54,923 bases of DNA from an uncultured Pirellulaceae bacterium (GTDB taxonomy: Bacteria; Planctomycetota; Planctomycetia; Pirellulales; Pirellulaceae). The position numbers and the translations under genes are program-made. Shown piece by piece: positions 1 to 7,669 of the stretch. Position 1 is the stretch's first letter. Every line of letters starts with the position of its first letter. The notes below the pieces were generated by a model, which saw only the letters and a program-made list of their open reading frames with translations, was not told the origin of the DNA and searched no databases. Location: contig CAMYKF010000406.1 of NCBI GenBank assembly GCA_947258905.1, forward strand, positions 1 through 54,923. The letters run 5' to 3'.

Positions 1-212
1 AGTACCACTTTCGCTGGTTAGCTTTTTTGCGGATAGAGAAAGGAGTCGCGGCCCGCCAGCACTGCTGGTCAAGCCAGCAGTGGCACCATGGCCGAGAACC
101 GTGGGCCTCCAAATTCGGCAGTTGCTGATCGTAATCTTCGTCGTAGTCGATAAAGGCTCGCCGGAGTACCATTTTCGCTGGTTAGCTTTTTGCGGATAGA
201 GAAAGGAGTCGC
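1..212. repeat. Two copies of a ~48-bp direct repeat (1-49 and 165-212), separated by a 115-nt segment carrying a 9-bp-stem hairpin (60-82)
   Basis: AGTACCA(C/T)TTTCGCTGGTTAGCTTTTT(T)GCGGATAGAGAAAGGAGTCGC occurs at 1-49 and 165-212, differing by one substitution and one T indel. CACTGCTGG-tcaag-CCAGCAGTG lies at 60-82. Copy 1 touches the window edge, so the array may continue upstream. Confidence 0.8.
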
Positions 213-263
213 CCACGATGGATACGTGTTGCACTATGCCGGGGAGGTTCCGGCTGCGTTTCC

Positions 264-1787
264 CTAGTCCTTGCGTTCGGTTTTCCACACCGGGTCCTGG
301 TGCGAATCGTCGCTGGACGCGAACCAGCGGGTCATGGTCATTTTTTGCCGGGTGTAAAAATGGATGCTCTCGCTTCCCTGGATGTGCAGGTCACCAAAGA
401 ACGACTGGTTCCAGCCGGTAAACGGGAACCAGGCCATCGGTGCCGGGACACCGACATTGATGCCGATCATGCCCGCATTGAAGTGCTGTTTAAATTGTCG
501 CGCCGCAAAGCCATCGCGAGTAAAAATCGAAGCGCCATTACCGTAGGGACAAGCGCGACCCAACTTGAGCACGCTATCCAGATCGGTGGCGCGAATCACG
601 GAAAGAACCGGGCCAAAGATCTCATCCCGGGCCACTTGCATCGGCGATCTGACTTGATCAATCACGCTGGGACCGATCAGGAATCCATCGCCGGCAAAAT
701 CCTGGCGACCGTCCAGCGCCACCTTCGCGCCTTCGCCGGCAGCGATGTCCATGTAGCCTGCCACGCGTTCAACGTGCTCGCGGCGAATCAGTGGTCCCAT
801 GTCAACGTCTTCGTTGTCCTCCGAGGGACCCACACGCAGGCTGCTTGCGTGGTCCGATAAACCCTCGACCAGCGGGTCGCCAATGTTGCCGATGGCGACA
901 GCGATGCTGCCGGCCATACAGCGTTGTCCCCCGCAACCGAATGCAGAGGCAGCCAGTGCCTTGACCGAGATATCCAGGTCGGCGTCAGGCATGACGATCA
1001 GGTGGTTTTTGGCGCCACCGGCGGCCTGCACTCGCTTGCCGTTTTTGGTTCCGGTTTCGTAGATGTATTTGGCAATGGGCGTCGATCCGACAAACGAAAT
1101 CGCGGCCACGTCCGGGTGAGTCAGTAATGCGTCCACGCATTCCTTGTCGCCGTGCACGATGTTGAATACACCATCAGGCAGTCCTGCCTCGGTCAGGAGT
1201 TCGCCGATTAGAACGGCTGACAGCGGCGTTTTCTCGGAAGGCTTCAACACAAACGTGTTACCGCAAACCAGGGCGACCGGGATCATCCACATCGGCACCA
1301 TGGACGGAAAATTGTAGGGCGTAATGCCCACGCACACGCCCACGGGGTGCCGGACTGTTTCCGCATCAACCTCGGCAGCGATGTTGGGCAGAGTTTCGCC
1401 GGTGATCATGGCCGGAATCCCGGCCGCGAACTCCACCATCTCCACGGTTCGCTGGACTTCGGCACGTGACTCGGCCAGTGTCTTGCCGTGCTCGCGGGTG
1501 ACCAGGGCGGCGATTTCGTTAAATCGCTCTTCCATGATCTGCCGCAAGCGAAACATCAATCGCGCCCGCTCTACAACTGGCGTTTCCTTCCATGCGGGCA
1601 ACGCATCCACTGCCGACTGTACGACCCGCCCCGTTTCTTCGGCTGAACACATCGGCACTTGGGCGATAGCCTGGCCCGTCGAAGGATTGAATACCGTCGC
1701 CGTGCGGGCAGTGTTGCATTCGATCCATTTTCCTGCGCTGAAAATTGGCACGGTATCCAGTGACGACGTTGCTTGTGCTGCGCACAT
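264..1787 (-). CDS. mmsA: CoA-acylating methylmalonate/malonate-semialdehyde dehydrogenase
   Basis: Lower 507 codons of track ORF 264..2798, starting at ATG 1785-1787 (MCAAQATSS). Aldehyde dehydrogenase Cys motif FGCGGQRCMA and GGAKNHLIVMPDAD are present. The upstream 337 codons of the track ORF are antisense to the next gene. Confidence 0.9.
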   Translation of the reverse strand: MCAAQATSSLDTVPIFSAGKWIECNTARTATVFNPSTGQAIAQVPMCSAEETGRVVQSAVDALPAWKETPVVERARLMFRLRQIMEERFNEIAALVTREHGKTLAESRAEVQRTVEMVEFAAGIPAMITGETLPNIAAEVDAETVRHPVGVCVGITPYNFPSMVPMWMIPVALVCGNTFVLKPSEKTPLSAVLIGELLTEAGLPDGVFNIVHGDKECVDALLTHPDVAAISFVGSTPIAKYIYETGTKNGKRVQAAGGAKNHLIVMPDADLDISVKALAASAFGCGGQRCMAGSIAVAIGNIGDPLVEGLSDHASSLRVGPSEDNEDVDMGPLIRREHVERVAGYMDIAAGEGAKVALDGRQDFAGDGFLIGPSVIDQVRSPMQVARDEIFGPVLSVIRATDLDSVLKLGRACPYGNGASIFTRDGFAARQFKQHFNAGMIGINVGVPAPMAWFPFTGWNQSFFGDLHIQGSESIHFYTRQKMTMTRWFASSDDSHQDPVWKTERKD

Positions 1788-1910
1788 CCTGTTCACTCCG
1801 TTAAATGGAACTCGGGGGCGTCCAACGTGGACCAATGTAGGAACGTCTGCGGCGTTATGATACCATAATTGCCTGCCATTCAGTAATTCTTGCCTTACCC
1901 GAGTCCCGTC

Positions 1911-2780
1911 ATGCCACGCATCGTCAAGGGCGCACTGATTCAGGCCACGCTGTGCGAACCGGCCACCTCGCCGATCGACAAGATCAAGTCGGCAATGATC
2001 GACAAGCACGTTGATCTGATCGGTCAGGCTGCCGACCAGGGAGCCCAGTTTGTTTGCCTGCAAGAGCTGTTTTACGGTCCCTACTTTTGCGCCGAGCAGG
2101 ATGCCAAATGGTATGAGCTGACCGAACCCATTCCCGACGGGCCGACAGTCAAGTTGATGCAGGAGCTGGCAAAGAAACATGAAATGGTGATGGTCGTTCC
2201 CATGTACGAGGAGGACCTGCCAGGCATCTATTACAACTCGGCAGCCGTGATCGATGCTGACGGTTCCTATCTCGGCAAGTTCCGGAAAATGCACATTCCG
2301 CACTGCGCTCCCGGATTTTGGGAGAAGTTCTATTTCCGCCCCGGGAACCTCGGCTATCCGGTGTTCGAAACGCGAGTGGGAAAGCTTGGAGTCTACATCT
2401 GCTATGACCGGCATTTCCCGGACGGCGCACGTTGCCTGGGATTGAACGGCGCGGAAATCGTGCTCAATCCTTCGGCCACGGTGGCAGGGCTCAGCGAGTA
2501 CTTGTGGAAACTCGAGCAACCCGCCCATGCCGTCGCCAATCAGTATTTTGTGGGCGCCATTAATCGCCCCGGCACCGAAGCCCCCTGGAATATTGGCGAA
2601 TTCTACGGTCAGAGTTATTTCTGTGATCCCCGCGGACAAATCCTGGCCGAGGGTGGACGCAACTGCGATGACGTCGTTGTGGCCGATCTGGATCTGGATC
2701 TGATCCGCGAAGTGCGGAATACGTGGCAGTTCTTCCGCGACCGTCGCCCCGAAAGCTATCAGGCCATCGTTCAGCCGTGA
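1911..2780 (+). CDS. pydC: beta-ureidopropionase / N-carbamoyl-beta-alanine amidohydrolase (nitrilase superfamily)
   Basis: Glu-Lys-Cys triad contexts CLQELF, FRKMHIP and GVYICYDRHFP. ATG 1911 (MPRIVKGALIQ) is preferred over TTG 1890. Lies in a cluster with dihydropyrimidinase. Confidence 0.85.
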   Translation: MPRIVKGALIQATLCEPATSPIDKIKSAMIDKHVDLIGQAADQGAQFVCLQELFYGPYFCAEQDAKWYELTEPIPDGPTVKLMQELAKKHEMVMVVPMYEEDLPGIYYNSAAVIDADGSYLGKFRKMHIPHCAPGFWEKFYFRPGNLGYPVFETRVGKLGVYICYDRHFPDGARCLGLNGAEIVLNPSATVAGLSEYLWKLEQPAHAVANQYFVGAINRPGTEAPWNIGEFYGQSYFCDPRGQILAEGGRNCDDVVVADLDLDLIREVRNTWQFFRDRRPESYQAIVQP

Positions 2781-4201
2781 ATGAACCGACCGAAGCAAAC
2801 GGCACCGTCATCTACGGACTTGACGACAAGCCGCCACCCGGTCGCGCATTGGTTCTGGCGATCCAGCATGTGCTGACCATGTTTGGCGCGACGGTGGCCG
2901 TGCCGCTGATGCTGGGACCCGAAGGGGATGGCTCGGGCATGGGCATGGACCGCCAGCAAGTGGCGATTCTGATCAGTTCGGTGATGTTGTGCAGCGGCCT
3001 GGCAACACTGATCCAGGTCACGTTTGGTTCGCGGTTGCCAATTATCCAGGGCGTCTCGTTCAGTTTTCTGGCGGCATTTCTGGCGATCATCGCGGCGGTC
3101 AAGGCCGAGGGTGGCGATGCCGCCGAAATCATGCAGTACATTGCCGGTGCCGTTCTCGTCGGCGCCGCGATCGAAATCACGATCGGTTTCTCCGGACTGT
3201 TTGGTCTGATACGTCGTGCGCTTTCACCAGTGGTGATTGGTCCGGTGATCATGCTGATTGGGCTGGCTTTGTATAACGCCGGCGCGCCGATGGCCGGCAC
3301 TTACTGGCCGATTTCGATCTTGACGATCGTGCTGATCATCGTCTTTTCCTATGTGCTGGCCCGGCGCTGGCGACTGTTCCGTTTGTTCCCAATTCTGCTG
3401 GCCATCCTGATCAGTGTCGGTGTCTGTGTCCTCATGACCGTCAGCGGAGTCATTGCCGATACTCATCCGGCGTTTGTGCATACCGAACACATTGCCGCTT
3501 CCAGCTGGCTGCGGATCGCTCCGTCCGAAGTGATCATGCCGTGGGGCCTGCCGAAATTTCATCTCGGATTTGTCCTCGCGGTACTGGCCGGTTATCTGGC
3601 CTCCATGATCGAGTCCTTTGGCGACTATCACGCCTGCAGCCAAATGGCGGGAGCTGGCGATCCCACTCCGCAGCAACTGTCACGCGGGATCGGGTGCGAG
3701 GGTGTCGGTTGTGCGTTAACCGGCGTATTGGGCGGGTTCAGTTCGACATCGTATTCCGAGAATATTGGACTGGTCGGTATTACCAAGGTGGGCAGTCGTT
3801 TCGTCGTGCAGATCTCGGCAGTGATCCTGGTCCTGCTGGGTTTGTTTGGCAAGTTTGGCGCAATGGCCGCTTCCATTCCCATTCCCATCGTTGGCGGACT
3901 GTATTGCGCCTTGTTCGGGCTAATTAGCGCGGTGGGCATTCGCGAGCTGGCCCGTGCAGATCTGAACGTGGACCGCAATCTTTTTATTGCCGGGTTCGCT
4001 TTGTTTATGGGATTGAGCGTGCCGGCATACTTCAATTCCGACGCCGGCGCCGCAGCACTGGAACAACTGGGTACCGTCTCGACCGGGTTGAGAGATGTGG
4101 TGGCCTCCATCGGTAAAACCGGTATGGCTGTGGCGGCCATCCTCGGCTTGATCCTGGACAACACGATTCCGGCGACACGCAGACAGCGGGGAATGCCGTA
4201 A
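2777..4201 (+). CDS. NCS2 nucleobase:cation symporter, probable uracil/pyrimidine permease
   Basis: Multi-TM ORF with QHVLTMFGATVAVPL near the N-terminus and the NAT signature ENIGLVGITK. Start is uncertain: GTG 2777 overlaps the upstream stop (GTGA), and GTG 2723 is the alternative. Confidence 0.85.
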   Translation: MNEPTEANGTVIYGLDDKPPPGRALVLAIQHVLTMFGATVAVPLMLGPEGDGSGMGMDRQQVAILISSVMLCSGLATLIQVTFGSRLPIIQGVSFSFLAAFLAIIAAVKAEGGDAAEIMQYIAGAVLVGAAIEITIGFSGLFGLIRRALSPVVIGPVIMLIGLALYNAGAPMAGTYWPISILTIVLIIVFSYVLARRWRLFRLFPILLAILISVGVCVLMTVSGVIADTHPAFVHTEHIAASSWLRIAPSEVIMPWGLPKFHLGFVLAVLAGYLASMIESFGDYHACSQMAGAGDPTPQQLSRGIGCEGVGCALTGVLGGFSSTSYSENIGLVGITKVGSRFVVQISAVILVLLGLFGKFGAMAASIPIPIVGGLYCALFGLISAVGIRELARADLNVDRNLFIAGFALFMGLSVPAYFNSDAGAAALEQLGTVSTGLRDVVASIGKTGMAVAAILGLILDNTIPATRRQRGMP

Positions 4202-4312
4202 GAACACCGGCGGTTTCGTTTGGTGGTACCTGGGGCATTCGGGTAGAATGCAGCCGCTGTGCCTCGAATCTGCTGGGTCCGCCGCGTTCTGATTTGAAAG
4301 GAAGTGTTACCC

Positions 4313-5443
4313 ATGGCCGATCTGTCGATCACGGTAAATGGGCTGAAGATGCCGAACCCCTTTGTCATTGGGTCGGGGCCGCCGGGAACCAACGCCAACG
4401 TGATTGGCAAGGCATTCGACGAAGGCTGGGGCGCGGTAATTGCCAAGACAATCAGTCTGGAAGCGGAAAAGGTCATCAATGTGCAGCCACGTTACGCGCG
4501 TCTGCGCAGCCGCGAGTCGAAAGAGATCTTTGGCTGGGAGAATATTGAGCTGATCAGCGATCGCAGCTTTGAAACCTGGCTGGACGAGTTCAAGTCACTC
4601 AAGGACAAGTATCCCGACCGGGTGCTCATCGCTTCGGTGATGGAAGAATATCGCGAAGACGCGTGGGCCGAGATTATTGAGAAGTGCCAGGATGCCGGTG
4701 TCGACGCGTTTGAACTGAATCTGTCCTGTCCGCATGGCTTGCCCGAACGCAAGATGGGCTCGGCCATGGGCGTCAATCCGGACATTGTGGAGGAGGTCTG
4801 CGGCTGGGTGCATCGCGTGGCCAAAATTCCGGTGTGGGCCAAGATGACTCCCAACGTGACCCGGATCGAAGACCCCACGGCAGCGGCGTTGCGGGGCGGG
4901 GCAGACGGGATCGCCGCCATCAATACCATCCGCAGCGTACTGGGCGTCGATTTGAAAACACTGCGGCCGGAACCTTCAGTCGAAGGCTATACGACGCCCG
5001 GCGGCTATTCCTGTCAGGCGGTCCGACCCATCGCTTTGCGAATCTGCATGGAGATTGCCACCTTGATCCGCGAAGAGTTTCCCGGCAAGACACTCAGCGG
5101 TATCGGCGGCATTGAAACCGGCAACGACGCCGCACAATTTATCCTGCTCGGTTGCGACACGGTGCAGGTCTGCACCGGCGTAATGAAAAGCGGCTACAAA
5201 ATCGTCAAGCCGATGATCGAGGAACTGTCCGCGTTTATGGACGAGCACGGCTTCAACACCATCGATGACTTCAAGGGACACAGTCTGCAGTTCTTCAAGA
5301 CGCATGCCGAGCTGGTCGAGTTACAGGCCGAAGCCCGAGCCCGCAAGAAGGCCGAGCACGACGCCAAGCAGATGATCCGCGAAGACGCCCAGTGGACCGG
5401 CGACGATTTCGTCGATCAAAGTGACGCGTTGGCGAGAGGATAG
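4313..5443 (+). CDS. pydA: dihydropyrimidine dehydrogenase FMN/pyrimidine-binding protein (PreA/PydA-like, DHODH fold) without ferredoxin domain
   Basis: NLSCPHG active-site loop and GIGGIETGNDAAQFILLGCDTVQVCTG. AGGAAG lies about 10 nt upstream of ATG 4313. The C-terminal ~45 residues are charged and contain no Cys. Confidence 0.85.
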   Translation: MADLSITVNGLKMPNPFVIGSGPPGTNANVIGKAFDEGWGAVIAKTISLEAEKVINVQPRYARLRSRESKEIFGWENIELISDRSFETWLDEFKSLKDKYPDRVLIASVMEEYREDAWAEIIEKCQDAGVDAFELNLSCPHGLPERKMGSAMGVNPDIVEEVCGWVHRVAKIPVWAKMTPNVTRIEDPTAAALRGGADGIAAINTIRSVLGVDLKTLRPEPSVEGYTTPGGYSCQAVRPIALRICMEIATLIREEFPGKTLSGIGGIETGNDAAQFILLGCDTVQVCTGVMKSGYKIVKPMIEELSAFMDEHGFNTIDDFKGHSLQFFKTHAELVELQAEARARKKAEHDAKQMIREDAQWTGDDFVDQSDALARG

Positions 5444-5454
5444 GGCAGTTGCGA

Positions 5455-5505
5455 GGAAAGAGGGGAGAGGCGCGATGGAAGAGGGGAGAGGCGCGAGGGA
5501 AGAGG
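5455..5505. repeat. G-rich tandem repeat, 2.4 units of ~22 bp (GGAA(A)GAGGGGAGAGGCGCGA)
   Basis: Units at 5455-5475 and 5477-5496, with a partial third unit at 5497-5505. Lies in the convergent gap between pydA and the dihydropyrimidinase gene. Confidence 0.75.
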
Positions 5506-5648
5506 TTCCGGCTCAGTCGTCAACTTCGGCCTTCGAGATTCCTTGTTCAACATTCTGCGGTTCCGCGCTTTGATCCCGAGCCGCGGGCGTAGTGCAGCAG
5601 CACATTGAGACGCTTTACTTGACGTCCACCTGGTTGCGCTAACGCTGC

Positions 5649-7028
5649 CTAAAAATGAGTCGGCTGGCGGGCCAGAAACTGGCCCCGACCGATCGTGCCG
5701 GTGAACTGACCGTCCCGAGCCTGTACCTCTCCGCGAACTGTCACCACTGACGGACGCCCCTGAATCTCCCAGCCTTCAAAGGCGCTGTAGTCGACGTCCA
5801 TTTGCTGCGTGCTGGCCGAAATCTTGCCGCGGTAGTCGGGATCGTAAATCACCAGGTCGGCGTCGCTACCGATTTGAATGGCGCCCTTGCGCGGGTACAG
5901 TCCAAACAATTTCGCCGCCTGAGTACTGCCGGCGTCGACAAAAGTATTCAAGTCGATCTTGCCTGGCACCACGCCGTGCGTGTACAGCAGATTAATCCGG
6001 TCCTCAACCGAAGGAATGCCGTTGGGGATTTTCGTGAAATCATCGGCGCCCATTGTCTTCTGGTCGCCGAAATCGAAGGGCGCGTGATCAGTGGCCACGG
6101 TGCTGATCAAACGGTTGCGGATAGCGTCCCACAGGATGGGCTGGTTGCGCAGGTCGCGAATCGGCGGGGACATCACATACTTGGCACCTTCAAACTCGGG
6201 CCGCTCGGCGTATGTCTTGTCGAGCACCAGATAGGGAATGACGGTTTCGATCCACGCGTTGACACCGCGGTAACGCGCTGCCTGGGCCGCCTGAACGGCC
6301 GCATCGCATGACGTATGCACCACGTACACGTGCGCGCCGGTCAACTCGGCAAAGGTCATCAAGTGATGGACGCCTTCGGCCTCCACAGACTCGGGCCGGG
6401 AAGGCTCGTGGAATTCGGGGCCGGTCTTCCCGGCCGCCAGCAACTCGCCCTGCAACTGGGCGACTGCTGTGGCGTTTTCGCAGTGAGCCGTGACGATCAC
6501 GCCCAGTTCCCGGGCCAGTTTCAGAGTGCGGAACAGTTCCTCGTCGTCGATTCCGAACGCTCCAGGATAAGCGAGGAAGATCTTGAACGAGGCAATTCCG
6601 CGCGACACGATCTCGCGCAACTGGGCTTCTGATTCATCGTCAAACTTCGTCACTGCCATGTGGAATGAGTAGTCGACGGCGGCCAGACCCTCGGCTTTTG
6701 ATCGCCAAAGTTCAAACGCTTCCAGCGGCTGTTCCGCGCGGCTGGGGCAACACATCTCGATCAATGTCGTTGTGCCACCGACCAGCGCGGCCTTGCTGGC
6801 CGTTTCCCAGGTATCCTTCGACCAGGTCCCCATGAACGGCAAATAGATATGCACATGTGGATCAATGAACCCGGGAAACACATACTTGCCGCTGGCGTCG
6901 ATCACTTCCGCCGCGGAGTCTTCCAGACCAGTCCCGATCGCCGAAATGGTTTCGCCCTGGACATGGATATCGGCAACAAAATCATCGGTGGCCGTGATGA
7001 TTCGTCCGTTCTTGATAAGTAATGCCAT
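5649..7028 (-). CDS. pydB: dihydropyrimidinase / D-hydantoinase
   Basis: Cyclic amidohydrolase metal-site contexts DPHVHI, SFKIFLAY (carbamylated Lys), HCEN, VVHTS and ATDHAP. 459-aa ORF. Confidence 0.9.
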   Translation of the reverse strand: MALLIKNGRIITATDDFVADIHVQGETISAIGTGLEDSAAEVIDASGKYVFPGFIDPHVHIYLPFMGTWSKDTWETASKAALVGGTTTLIEMCCPSRAEQPLEAFELWRSKAEGLAAVDYSFHMAVTKFDDESEAQLREIVSRGIASFKIFLAYPGAFGIDDEELFRTLKLARELGVIVTAHCENATAVAQLQGELLAAGKTGPEFHEPSRPESVEAEGVHHLMTFAELTGAHVYVVHTSCDAAVQAAQAARYRGVNAWIETVIPYLVLDKTYAERPEFEGAKYVMSPPIRDLRNQPILWDAIRNRLISTVATDHAPFDFGDQKTMGADDFTKIPNGIPSVEDRINLLYTHGVVPGKIDLNTFVDAGSTQAAKLFGLYPRKGAIQIGSDADLVIYDPDYRGKISASTQQMDVDYSAFEGWEIQGRPSVVTVRGEVQARDGQFTGTIGRGQFLARQPTHF

Positions 7029-7054
7029 GCAATCGTTTCCTTGTCAGTGTTCAG

Positions 7055-7510
7055 CTATGCGTCAAGTACGCCTATGTCTTCGTGCCACAATTCCGGTCTG
7101 GCTTGAATGAAATCGCGGAGGACTTCCTCGATCTCCTGGTTGTTGGCCAACACCAGTTCGACTCCATTACTGCTCAACAAGTCTTCCGAACCCCGGAAGT
7201 TCGTGTTCTCGCCGATCACGACCCGGGGAATTCCGTACAGCAAAATCGTACCGCTGCACATCGCACAGGGGGAGAGTGTTGTGAACATCGTCGCCCGACG
7301 GTACTCGGCGGCCGTGAACCGGCCGGCGTTGCGGATACAGTCCGTTTCGGCGTGCAGGATTGGGTCATCCTGTTGGACTCTTCGGTTGTGTCCCAAACCC
7401 ACAATCGTGTTATCGATGACCAGGGCGGCGCCGATGGGAATACCGCCTTCACGCAGACTTTTTTTCGCCTGGGCGATGGCGGCTTGCAAGTAGATTTGGT
7501 CGTAGTTCAT
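7055..7510 (-). CDS. cytosine deaminase, yeast Fcy1-type (cytidine-deaminase fold)
   Basis: HAE...PCAMC zinc motif. Colinear with my recollection of S. cerevisiae Fcy1 (EGGIPIG, GHN, TTLSPCxMCxG, YGIPRxVxGEN, RPxxWxEDIG). 151 aa. Confidence 0.85.
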   Translation of the reverse strand: MNYDQIYLQAAIAQAKKSLREGGIPIGAALVIDNTIVGLGHNRRVQQDDPILHAETDCIRNAGRFTAAEYRRATMFTTLSPCAMCSGTILLYGIPRVVIGENTNFRGSEDLLSSNGVELVLANNQEIEEVLRDFIQARPELWHEDIGVLDA

Positions 7511-7527
7511 GTTACATGTGCTTTTCC

Positions 7528-7646
7528 TTACCCTCCCTCCGGGCCCTCCGGGAGGGTCGAGCGACAGCGAGGGGAGGGCGGTTATGAGTTACAGCCCTCC
7601 CCGCAAACTCGCAAGCTCGTTTGCGAACCTCCCGGAGGGAGGGTAA
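7528..7646. repeat. 119-bp nested-palindrome element between two co-directional genes
   Basis: Perfect 16-bp outer inverted repeat TTACCCTCCCTCCGGG (7528-7543) / CCCGGAGGGAGGGTAA (7631-7646). Inner pairs are CCCTCC/GGAGGG (7544-7556), GGGGAGGGC/GCCCTCCCC (7571-7602) and GCAAAC/GTTTGC (7603-7624). Confidence 0.8.
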
Positions 7647-7669
7647 TTTCAACGGGCGAGGCAAGTTAG

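Noticed and set aside
1-212. Possible CRISPR array at the left edge
   Set aside because: Only two repeat copies are visible. The 115-nt spacer is far longer than CRISPR spacers. The repeat differs by an indel, and no cas genes are in the window.
264-2798. 844-aa ORF in the track, taken as one gene
   Set aside because: Only the lower 507 codons (from ATG 1787) look like an aldehyde dehydrogenase. The upper 337 codons are antisense to the well-supported beta-ureidopropionase gene and have shadow-ORF composition.
4220-4249. Sigma-70-like promoter (TTGGTG-18 bp-TAGAAT) between the permease gene and pydA
   Set aside because: It is a plausible hexamer match. However, planctomycete promoter consensus is not something I can verify from sequence alone, and the match is weak at -35. 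Not reported as a feature.
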